Positions 52,350 to 64,000 of a stretch of 64,000 nt of DNA are shown piece by piece. Source of the DNA: Mytilus edulis (lineage: Eukaryota). A model generated the notes under the pieces. It worked only from the letters and a program-made list of their open reading frames with translations, made no database searches and was not told where the DNA came from. The stretch is from assembly GCF_963676685.1 (NCBI RefSeq), contig NC_092355.1, positions 36,518,001 to 36,582,000 of the forward strand, given 5' to 3'. Within the stretch, counting starts at the first letter, position 1. Each line of letters opens with the position of its first letter. The position numbers were made by a program, and so were the translations under genes.

Positions 52350-53229
52350 CTTAAAAGATAAATTATACAATTAATTGATTTATACTTAAACTTGAACGAT
52401 ATAATATATGTTGGGGAAAAAAATCAAAATTTGAAAATCTGTAAAATACTCTATTTCTGATCATCGTGGTTTTTTTTATGTTTTTTTCTTTAATCATGTT
52501 AATCCTGTCCTAAAACTTATTGGATTATATTATATAAAAAGGTTCCATACGCGCTAATATGGTAATTTAACCTCTGACATCTAATAGAAAACACCATATA
52601 CAAGAGTACATTTAAGGATATTTTTCGAAGATCCAACGTATAATTCACGGAATTTAAGCGAATAAAGAACGAATAAGTAACAGGGCATCGTTTCAGCGCT
52701 TGGACGTGTGTTTTATCGCCAAAGGATTATTTCATCTCTAAGAAAATAGCTTTAACCAATTCCCTTTCAAATGATTGGGCAGAGCTTACGTTTTAATGTG
52801 CACAAGGACAGTCAATTTGAAGATGTGTCTGATATGATAGCCGTTAAAATTATACATGATTTATAATCACTATCAGTGTCACAAAACGGATATGCAATTG
52901 AACTATGTAAATGATATGGACGAATAACTGGATACTTCATTGATGAGTTTATCCCGACACACCTTTTGTTAGATGGAATGGTCTAAAATAAGCAAACCGG
53001 TTAAACCCCGTCAAGTCAAGTAAAATAAATCATGTCATAACACTAGAGACAAGATTAAAAATGGAAAATTTTTAAATTTGAAACATATAACACGTGATAC
53101 AAGCAAATAAGGCACCAGTTTTGAACATGTTGAAACGGGTACAGTCGTTCTTAAAGTTCATGTAATCTCTTGAAACAAAGAACTGTTACCAACGATATGG
53201 CTATAACGTACAAAAAGAGGGACACATTG

Positions 53230-53445
53230 TAAATTTTAATAAGCAATAAACACGAGATAGGCAACAAATAGGAAACAAATAAGTAATAAGAAATAAGTAA
53301 CGAATCGGTAACGAATTAGAATTAATAAACATGTAACGAATATGTAACGAAAAAGGAAAAAAAGAATAAGTAACAAATAAGGAAAAAGAAATAATAACAA
53401 ATAAATAAGGAATAAGTAACGAATGAATATTGAATAAGTAACGAA
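53230..53445. repeat. Low-complexity AATAAGTAACGAAT-type short repeats, probably transposon subterminal sequence
   Basis: Repeated TAAGTAAC/GTAACGAA motifs; a related motif occurs at ~52660-52680. Confidence 0.45.
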
Positions 53446-54408
53446 CTTGACGACACTCCCTCTCCCCCATTTTCAAAAGAAAAAAAAGAATGACGTGCAT
53501 CTTTTTTTCCTGTGTGGTGGCTTATACTGGGAATATATTTAAGTAGTGTTTACTACAATAATTTGACTAGAAAATTCATTTATAGTGTGAGAAAATAAAA
53601 CGTTAATATCAATCTTATAGAAAATTTACACAATAATCTTTTCTTGGATTAATGCACAATTTTAAACCCAATAAAATCTTGCAGCTAAACCTCCTTAAAA
53701 CCGGCTGAAAAGTTCAAAACACAAACCAGAAATTGTCTTGATAAACGAATATTCAGAGGCAGTTGAGTTGTGTATGCCAATAAGAAAACTTTCCACAACA
53801 GACCAAACGACACAGAAATAAACAGCTATTGGTTACAAAAGCGGCATTGAACAACGATCAAACACATTACGCATAGTCATCTATAAAAGGTCCCGACAGC
53901 ACAAATGCATGAAATGTAAGACAATTTAAACAAGAAAACTAACGGCCTTATTATTATAGAAACAAATGAATCAAAATACAATATGTAACATACCTACAAA
54001 CGGCAACCACTGATTAACAGGCTCCTGACCTGGGACAGACACATACATATAGATTGTGGGGATGTTAAATAAATGTATGTTTGCGGAACCCAAACCCTCT
54101 TCCTTACCTAGGACAGTTGTGTTACAGTACAATTATAAGACATAACTTTACAAATCAGTTGGTATTAAAACTATTGTCAGTTAAACTCTTGATTGATGTA
54201 TTTACCTTAACAATACTACTTCGAATAAAGGTATATACATGTAGATACATACAACACTTTGCTAAGTCGTAGATTGTGCATGTTTTATTTAATGTCTAGT
54301 TCATTTCAATCATTTGTTACTTGGATGATTAGTTGTATCTTATTATGTTGTATGTATTTATTGTGTATGATTAATAATCTAAAGGATGCGCTGTTTATAA
54401 GAACTTAC

Positions 54409-54423
54409 CCACAAGTAGAACAT
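54409..54423 (-). CDS. 15-nt microexon (R-C-S-T-C-G) of B-box gene 2
   Basis: Minus strand ttatacag|ATGTTCTACTTGTGG|gtaagt; counterpart of 29603-29617 with both Cys codons kept. Confidence 0.68.
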
Positions 54424-54797
54424 CTGTATAAGTATCCATGGCTTTGCATCTTTTTTTTCAAGGACTGGTGCACACTTGCTATCAAAAAGATTTGAGTTCT
54501 TAATGACTTTTTTTTATAAATGTTTAAATAAATAATTCATTTTGAAATTATTTAATTCTATGTAAAAGTTCTTTGTACAGGTAAACACACTAATGTACAA
54601 AGCTGTTGTTGTCATTTTTCAATAAAGTATAATGAAATACAAAACTGTTATAGTTTCATAATATGTCTTATCATTTAACAGTATGCTAACAGTATATTAA
54701 ATGTACATTTGGATATTAAAAATATTCTTCAATATTTGATAATGATGTTAACTTAAAAAAAAAAACTCTTTTGTAGATAATATTTTTTTCATATTAA

Positions 54798-55357
54798 AGT
54801 GGCTCGTGGGTACACAAATTTCAGCAAAAAAATGAACCTTTATTTTTTCATTACAAATTTTATGTGTTACACTATTAGTTATTACTTTAAAAGATGGTAA
54901 AAAAATCAACCCAAACAATCGATTGGGTTTGGCCCCAGATGACTTTTAAAATGTTTATATCATTGTAGAAGCTCCAAATTATCTCCCTTTGGTGCAAAAA
55001 TGCCATTTTTTGGCATTACATTTGAAATATCTTTTTTAGCTCATAGGTAACCTATATTTTTTATTTATGTTTTCATATAAGCTGTACATAAACTAAATAA
55101 TTGTAAAATTTAAGCGATTTCTGTAATTAGGTTATTTTTTTATTTCGATATTACCTCTATTTCTCCTATTAGTTCAACAGAAAGAAAGGACATTAACAAA
55201 AATGTTTGCTTCTTCCGGAGGCAGATTGTGAGCTTAAATAAACGGTGACCCCATTTTTTTTCAGTTTTCTTTGAGATATATGATAAAGTTCATTTATAAA
55301 AAAATATAGCGAAATCCTATATTAGAAAAAAAAATTGATTTATACCCAGTAGCCCCC
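54798..55357. mobile_element. 560-bp MITE with TTAA TSD (Kolobok-like)
   Basis: TTAA|AGTGGCTCGTGGGTA ... TACCCAGTAGCCCCC|TTAA; absent at the paralogous site near 30020. Confidence 0.75.
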
Positions 55358-56307
55358 TTAATCAATGTAAAATGATAACTTGTATTATCAATACATATAC
55401 TGTTATGATTAATTGTGTTATCAATATGATCAATGCAGTGCTTATCATATGTTTTGTATAACTGACATCATTATGTCAGCTTGTTCAATACAGTTTTAAT
55501 AATATAATTTAAGAATTTTTCGACTGCTTAACCATGTTAACAGACTGTTTATATATTCCGCTATTGTCATGTTTGGACCTTTTATACCTAACAATGTGAC
55601 GTGGGTTTTGCTCTTTGTTACAGACCATACAGTGACCTATAGTTTTGTCATTTGATTTCTTATTGAGATTTGTCAAATGAGCAATCATCCCGACTCTGCT
55701 CCTATAAAACATACAATATACATAACTGCATTTTTCATCAATACAAATAGTATTATGATTACCTGTGACGTGTGATGTTTTAAAATATAAAGTTGGTATA
55801 ACACAAGAGTTACTACTATGACGTTTTTCGTAAACCTGTTCACGCTTCTATACCAAAAACTCTTGAATTATTGAAAGACATCAGGTTTTGTTTTCGAATT
55901 TTAGTCAGTGATGATCTCAGTAATATTAGGCACCTATTTTTTTTAATTAGATGTTACCTTAAAGTTATATCGCTTAATACGTACGAGTGATATGCATGTA
56001 CAGTGAGAGCTATTTAGCTAGTTCTATTTTTTATTACTTTTGGAGGGTGTTATTCCGTTACTTAAAGCGTTTCATTAATCGATAAACTCTGACCACGTTA
56101 GTTTATTTACGAACGTGTTTAATTGGGATGTATTTAAAAAGAGTAGGTCTATTTCAAGCTTTCAATCTTAAATTGTGGTATGTGTATTTGTCAATGATTT
56201 CTTGCTATATCTGAACTTTAAATAATTTCACTCTAGAATTTAAAGTTTTGCAAGTTTAATAAGGAATCTGTATCAATTGAAAATACATCGCATAATTTTA
56301 TATTTAC

Positions 56308-57074
56308 CTAATGGTAAATGTCCCTATCAGTTGTCTGATGTCATCTTCAGCTACAGCTTTACGACTAAAGGATATATTGGGAAACTCTGGGAAGAGAATT
56401 TATAGTGAGTTTGTCAATTTCTTCTTTCAGATTATTGATCTTTTGTACCAAACTTTCATCTTGTCGGGTTTTATCTAGTTCATTTCTCTTTATGTCTAAG
56501 GCCTGTCCGGCAACAAGGACGGATTTAGCATCAGACAACATTTTTATCAGCTTGTCTTTCTCCTTCTTGGATTGTTCTTTCACTAAGGTAATCATCTGTG
56601 CTACGGCTTTATCAACCATACGTTTAATCATAATGCCTTCGTCAGTTATGGTTTTAATAACGGATTCAACAGAATTATCAAACGACTTCAAGCTTTCTTC
56701 AATCTTCTTTATATTTTGATTTGCCTCGTTTGTTTTGGCATGAATTTTTGTTTCATTTTCCACTTGTAATTTTGCGACTTCATCGACAAATTTGGAAAAT
56801 GTATGCCCTTTGTGTTTCCTGTCACACAATTGGTACATGCCGGTACATTGCATGTATTACAAAATAACGTAAATTCTTCTTTGTGTTCACTACATTTGGA
56901 TTTTCCTTCCGGGATTAGGTCAGACGCTTTTTGAAACTGGTGGTTTCTCGATAACTTCTGCCTATTATGTAGCAACTTGCAATTTTCACAATAATATTCC
57001 TCACAGTCTATGCAATATTGTGATCCAGGGGCACTCACGCAAACCTCGCATGTTTTAGACGCAGCTTGAGCCAT
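56308..57074 (-). pseudogene. Coding exon 1 of B-box/coiled-coil paralog 2, with two 1-nt indels (pseudogene or assembly error)
   Basis: Colinear with 30447-31213 and the same 767-nt net length. There is a -1 indel in a T run near 56815 and a +1 indel in a G run near 56390, splitting it into ORFs 56709-57095 and 56365-56853. It ends ATT AG|GTAAAT. Confidence 0.85.
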
Positions 57075-60000
57075 TGTGTACTCAATCAAAATCACAGGTA
57101 AACAGGTGATAGTATCACATGACAGTAAATTCTAAATTTAAATCAAGGACGATAACTAGTGAATGTAAATGATTGAAAAGATTGTATTTGAAAAATTCAA
57201 ACATTATGTCTTGTTTTATTTAAAAAAAAAAACTTAAATTTACAATAAATACATGTATTATATTAACGTACATTTAGTTATTGAACGTGTAATATGAACA
57301 TACCAACTTATCAACCGTTTAAATAGTCGAAGTGAATATTATACATGATATCACCTGTTATTTACCAAACTATGTATTTAAATGTAAACATTGTACTAAA
57401 TAGCATCCTTTATTTTGGTTAGCATGTGTATAGTTTCCACCAAAAGATGAACGAATAAGATAAGATATTACATGTGTATAATGAAAATAATGAATGATTT
57501 TAAAATCGCTTTTAAAATGATAAGACGAAATAACAAATGTTTATTATGTATCATTCTAAAATTAGTAAAATAAATAAAGCATAGCTTTTATGAGGTGTAT
57601 TCAAAGTTTAAACTATTACACTATAAATGTGATGTATAATATATACCAGTATCTTTAATTAACTCTGTATTATTTTCAATAATTAAATTGATTTTCACAT
57701 ACACATACTTAAAAATACAATAAAACATGACATTATGAACAAAACGTATGTAAGATCACAAATATATTTGTTGTAAAACAAGATAGTATTGAGGCTTCAT
57801 TAACGAAAAGAGGAAGTGTGGTAAGGATAAGAATGTATGTGATGTTGCAATGGCTAAAATATTACATGGTTTGTACAAACGTTGTTGTTCAGAAAATGGG
57901 TTTTTATAATGGTACTGTATTACAATGTTCTTCTCTGGATAGATTATCATGGACTGTCCACTAATGCATGTTTTCCTCTCATTGCAGGTTCACTTTCGGT
58001 TCATGGTAACAACCGAAGTATGAGTAACTCATTTGAAGATGTCATATAAGCAATAAAAGGACGAAATTATTACTGCGACCAAAAACCATTTGTGTGATCA
58101 TGTGGATAAATAAACATATTATGTGAAACGTCCAAAGAAATGATTTCAGCCTACCAGATCTAGCTTCAGCGGCGATAAGAGACAATATCATCTCACTGTT
58201 CTCCCAAACCGCATGTTAGACTCAAGATAACGTAGGGCACATACATGTCTAATTAAGACAAAGCATTGAACATGGATAAAGGGTGAAAATGAGTACGATT
58301 TACTTAATCAAAACTCCATGTTTACAACTCAACAAATAAAACCAAATGAATATTATAAGTTTAACACATCTGACTGATATCCCTTCTGGATCGCTGACAT
58401 CATTGCTCTGGATGAATTCGAATCAATACTCAATAGAGATAACACGGTAGCTTACTCTTGCGATCAAACAAAGAAGACTATGATCGCATTTTCTTGATTT
58501 AGCAAGTGTTTAACTATAGCATGTACAGGTAAGATTTGGTTTAGGTAAACTCATCATGTATACCATAACTGAAATTTTGTATTTTCTCCAGACGCGCGTT
58601 TCATCTACAAAACTCTCATCAGTGACGTTAACAAAAAGTTGAAAAGGTCAAATAAAGTACAGAAAGCACTGAGGACCAGAATTATTGTTTTAAGTCCAAA
58701 TTTGCAGACATTTGACCTTGACATCATTGTTCATGATTATTGGCTCTTTTGTAAACACATACTTTAATTATAGGTCGATTTAATATGGTTATTACATTAT
58801 ACTTTTGTGTTGATAAAGAATCAGAAAATGTAATCGTCAGTGACACAACTCCTCAAAAATGACATAGACATTAACAGATAACTCTCACCATACGGCAATC
58901 AAGAAAACGCAAAAATCATAAAACATAGTTAGACATAATGATCCCAAAACGACATATGTAAAATAATTTAAACTAGAAAAAAAATTTCGAGAAATATTTA
59001 CAAGATAATGAACATGATCATGATGATGAAGGATAACAAATATGCTATATACAAAAACGACAAAAACATAATTACAGGCTTCTCATTTGTGAGAGGCACA
59101 AACATAATGTGCGTGTTAAAATCGTCCTTCAAACAGATTTTAATCAGACCTTTTCCTCGAAACATAATCATTAATACTGGTAAATATTATAGAATATTGT
59201 TAGAAATGTCAATAAAAAATAATTAGGTCATGTTCAATTATATTTCGATTACACATAATATCTTGTATAACTCACTCCGATGGTTGTTTTCTTTTGTCTT
59301 TTTGATTTGATCATGCTGTGGCGAGAGAAATCAACGACATACGTATCTGTTTCATAAGTAGTTTGGACTTGTTTCAGAAATGGAAGCAGAACTGCCTAAA
59401 GTTTCTTTGTTTTTTATTTCACAAAATCAAGATGTGGTATATACTGTATGTCACAGTCTTCACAGTGTAAATCATTTCTATCTCGCCTTGACTATAATGT
59501 GATAACCGCATAGCTGGCGTCGACAATTTGTCAATGTTGAATTGATAAGATAAATGAACACATTATGTTTTTAATAATAATGTTTTTGTATGCAGTTGTA
59601 TAGCATAAGTAAATCTTGAAGGGAAAACATAAGGCTATGTCGACTGAATATTTTGAATAGTTCATATCAAAATTTCAAGTTGAACATGATTTGTTAAACA
59701 TGTATCATTGCAAATTTTTTTCTTGTGACTGTCAAGTCCTTAGGGTCATGTTCCTTTTGGGATTAGGTCAGTTTCTAATAAGCATTATACACATGTTAAG
59801 TAGTATATCATTGTAACACACATGGACATTATGTAGCTGTTTTTGTTTTTGTTTTTGTTTTTTTTTGGTGCTTCTAAGGCGATATTATTTTTTGAATGGT
59901 ATTTCTTTTTTTAAATTAACATCCAAATTATTAATGAAGGCAGCCATGTGTCTGTCTCCATGAATGAGTCATTTTCAATACACAACCTGTATAGCTTGCT

Positions 60001-62081
60001 ATGCACAATGCATTTTGTTCATTGTTATGTGTAAATAGTAGCTCATGGTGTTGCTTTCATCTAAGTTTCGTTTTGTTGCTGTTTTACTTTTCTACTACGC
60101 CATACGAGGAATAAAACAACGATTTTTTGTGAAAAAAGTGTGACATATTCGCCAAACGTAATTGTCGTGACGAAGTGCTGGGGATGAGAAAAACGTTATT
60201 TGTTATGTGCACCTACATGTATGTCCTAGCTCTGTGCCTTTCTAATTTGGTTAAAAGTGGAAAATATTCAGGATCATAGATGTTGATAATTTGTTTATTA
60301 ATAAGAAATATACCTAGCATATATTTGATGGATTACTTGTATTAGCAGTTGCCAAAGTCAGTTTATTTTGTTATTGATTCACTTATATGGTATATCTATT
60401 TGCATCGGAGATAAACACATTTATTCTAAAACCAGTTGTTGACATGACACGGGTTTGTTCTTCTGTTATATTTTATGGTGGTAAAATTCTTAACCCCTAA
60501 CGGGAGGGATTGTACTTAATATTCATATGTTGAAGACACACTATGTCAATCAGTTACATTTGGGTTATAGGATGACATGTCAGATACTGCTAGTAGTCCT
60601 TTGTTAATCAATATTTATGTATCAATGTCATCTTGTTTAGTTTCTTTTGTTCCCTATTCTGACATCGTACTCGGATGTATATATTTGTTGAACTGGGTTT
60701 TACTTTACGTATTCTTGTGTGTTTGGTTTCTTTTCTACATCGGCTAGAGTTAGGGGGGGGGTTGATATTTAAATACATTTTTTTTAAACCCGCCGCTTTT
60801 TTATCCTGTCCCAAGTCAGGAGCCTCTTGCCTTTGTTGTCTTGTTTGATTTTTAATTTTAGTTTCTTGTGTATAATTTGGAGTTTAGTATGACGTCCATT
60901 ATCACTGTATTAGTATACATATTTGGTAGGGCAGCAACTGAAGCACGCCTCCGGGTGAGGAAGTGTCCTGCTGCATCGCAAACCAATTGTTGGTCTTCAG
61001 ATGGTGTCTGCTCCTTGGTCAGGTTGTTGTCTCTTTGACACATTCCCCATTTCCATTCTCAATTTTAAGTAGATATCTTGGCAACGTTTCATAGAGTCAA
61101 GTAATTTAAGTCGAGTTGTTCGGTACCATCTTAATTCTCCTTTATCTGGTATTTAAAAGAGTAAGACTAATAATCATCTGAAGGACGCACGACCATCCGA
61201 GGTAGCATGTATGTACTGTACTTGTTCATTCCGTCAGTATTTCAGTAAATTTTCATATTCGGGTCTTTCTATTTAGTTTTTTTGCTTTGTTTATATTGTT
61301 TATTTGTTTTCCTTCTCTGTAACTTATTCGTATGTGTTATAGCGATTAAGATTATATCACTTTATTGACTTTTACACCCCTGTTTTTGACATGTTTGCCT
61401 ATTTTCACTGTTTGTTATATTCTTACATCGTTGCAACTAAAATGGAACTGTATGCGACTGCCATCAACGTGAGATATTTCGCTAGCTATTAAAACCGATA
61501 TTACATTTATTTGTTTGTTCAAATACACAATAATTTCGTATACGTGTTCATTTGTTTGAGCGAATAAATAAACACTTACAAAACAAGTTGTTTTGTTTGA
61601 GTGGCTACACATAAACATGTTATGCATGTTCGTTTGTCGGAAAATATAAAACATGAATATATTAGTATATATAGTCATGTGTTTGTCAGATAATCATTCA
61701 CATACTAAACTTGTTCATTTTTTTTTACCAAATGCACATACATATGTTTTGTTTATGAAACCATTTTTTAAGCGTTTGATATAGTCATTTGACAATGAAA
61801 TTTCTGTTTAAATTTTCCTCTGATTTCGGGATGTTCATTATTTTACGTTTTGATGCACATACATATTACACTGTTACTCCTAATATACAATTTATATTTA
61901 ACTTTTATGTTCACAGATAAAACTAGGCTTGGCCTTCAACTCACGGGAGCCGGGAATGTCCCTGTTTAAACCCTGTCTGAGATCTTAATAACTTATAACA
62001 TTGATAACGTGGCTTTTATAATAACGTATTCTATCATTAAATATTAATCAAGCATATAATTAGATATAAAATTCTTACGTA

Positions 62082-63000
62082 ATACCGCAGTCACACTATG
62101 CTACGATCGCACTATGATCTCTACAAAAAATGAAAATTTTGACGATCATATTGCAATCATGTAGAGAGCTTTAAGTTCGTAGTAAGATCGCAAAGGTCGC
62201 TGTGTCATCGTAGCGAGAGCGTAGCAAAAGTGCGATTCTAATGCGCTACGAACTCATAGCGACGATGCTACGACCTCATTACGATCATTACGTTTTCACC
62301 GCGATACAACCATGCTTCTACTACGACTTTATCACGTATTTTACCACGCTGTTCAAGACCAAAGTACGAGTTTTGCACGATCACTCACTCCTTATGACTT
62401 AACTACGTTCATACTACGACATTCCGAATTCTAGTCGTTTGCATTGTGATTGTCACATAAAATTTATGAAAGCTCTGGTTTTGCTTGATACATTAACGTC
62501 AAATGAACCATGGAAACACAAGACCACGAAGATGTAGAAATGCTTCTTTGGTCATTAACATAGATACAAAATCTATACAAACAGGCACTGATATTGTTAT
62601 TGAAAAAGCGAAGAAGAAGAATAAGAAGAAATCTTAGACGTCGTGGGTCCCAATAAGTTCATCTATTGTTATCGAACGAAAGAAGACTCCGGTTTGGAAA
62701 AATGATAAGTTGATGAACAAGTTTCCAATTGATTTGATCTTGATGGACCAGCAATATTATTAAGGTTGGAATGATCGGTCCGATATTACTACTGGATCAG
62801 GATTCGTATCAGAGGACCCTCTTTCTCTACCTCTTCCCCTAATACCACGCACACGAGTTATGGTAGATTTTGGTGGCATGACTTTGTTGTTTCCGTGAAA
62901 TCTACATATTATTGGTATATTGAACACGATGCTGATGTTAATGCTGAGAGCGTAGTAAGATTGCGGTATGCATAAATTATCAAGTTCATGATAAATAAAA
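62082..63000 (+). mobile_element. Degenerate PIF/Harbinger-like remnant
   Basis: CCGCAGTCACAC-type end with many (C)TACGA/TCGTAG subterminal repeats at 62085-62420, then a broken ORF METQDHEDVEMLL..LLLKKRRRRIRR resembling the basic N-terminus of Harbinger transposases. Right boundary uncertain. Confidence 0.45.
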
Positions 63001-64000
63001 AAATAAATCAAAATAAATCAAGTCAAACGTCCTCAACCCTCTAAACAATAGGTTAACAACTTGTATAATCAAAATAGAAAATCAGTTACATTTACAAACA
63101 TATAATTATAGTTATAAATTCCTTATCAGTTCCTACACTACACAAAACAACAATTTAAAAATGTTCCATTAATACGTTTGGGAAAGGGGGTACAGTTGTT
63201 CTCACGGCTTTATACATCTTCAATATGTTTCATCCATCTGTAATATATAAAGAAACTCGTTTTATACATTTTGTCTGTAATCTAAATGAATTCTACAAAA
63301 CCCTAAATTATTTGTATTTCTATTTGTTAAACATGTTAAATGTAATTAGTCAGGGGCATTATTTAAACAAGTAATTTTTTTTAGTTACTTATTTAGGTAA
63401 ATTTTGTTTTAAAAAATTACTCAATAGAGTTATTTTAGATTTCAATAGAAGCATGGACTAAATGTAGTTTTCATGAATTTTTACATCATTTTATATCATA
63501 AAATGCATAATTCACTAGATTTAAGAGGAGTATAGAGATAAAGGGTTACTTTAAAAATAATGACAAAAATATTACTTGAATAAGTTATTTTATTCATCTT
63601 TGAAAGAATTAATAATAACACTTATTTAAGGAACATATGTAATTGTTTTGGGTTACAAATTATAAATAACTTTAAGTCTTTAATTTCTATCTATTTCTAT
63701 CTGTCTATCTTCAAGATTTTTGAGGAAAATGATATTGTAATAGTCCCAAGATACCAATCCTTGACCCAAAGGCGTCGATATGAAACATAAGTGCGTCAGA
63801 AAGGCAATTAGTGTTCAGAAAGATTAGATTTTATATTTCATGGAGAAAATAACCAGATGACCGTGAAAATTTGTTAAATCTAGTAAAATTTAGTTGGACA
63901 CATATAAAAATAATATTTAGAAAAGTTACTTATATAAGTAATATCTAAAATAGCCTCCTTTTCAACATTACTTGTATAGGTAATTTTATATGTTACTTGT

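Noticed and set aside
57988-58017. Plus-strand acceptor/donor pair around 30 nt and an IRF-like CACTTTCGGTTC motif
   Set aside because: Single occurrence with no partner exons or paralog support; the motif match is partial.

Overview
AT-rich, repeat-dense eukaryotic (animal) genomic DNA. The high-copy repeats and the RING-less B-box genes suggest a bivalve mollusc, probably Mytilus; this is an inference, not checked against a database. The window is a tandem duplication of a minus-strand locus with two paralogous B-box1/B-box2/coiled-coil (TRIM-like, RING-less) genes. Their large first coding exons lie at 30447-31213 (intact) and 56308-57074 (two 1-nt indels). Main observation: each first exon ends in a phase-2 donor and is followed on the same strand by a conserved 15-nt exon (CxxC) and a conserved 30-nt exon. 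After these comes an array of ~650-bp tandem units that look like satellite DNA, but each unit carries a polypyrimidine-CAG / exactly 3 nt / GTAAGT cassette (9 in copy 1, 7 in copy 2). The triplet varies while the splice signals do not, and it almost always starts with T. In phase 2, each putative 3-nt microexon therefore adds one defined amino acid (an NNT codon, never a stop). This is a candidate 'one exon = one residue' C-terminal diversification system. The rest is transposable-element material: a ~10.9-kb decayed Kolobok-like DNA transposon (DDE transposase plus DEDDh exonuclease), an internally deleted KolobokP-like element with 465-bp long terminal direct repeats, a 3.6-kb non-autonomous Harbinger inserted exactly in a microexon acceptor, several MITEs, Helentron-type elements with internal satellites, and a perfect 63-bp-arm palindrome. 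Almost all other ORFs in the track are spurious. Identity figures are by-eye estimates and the splice models lack transcript evidence.
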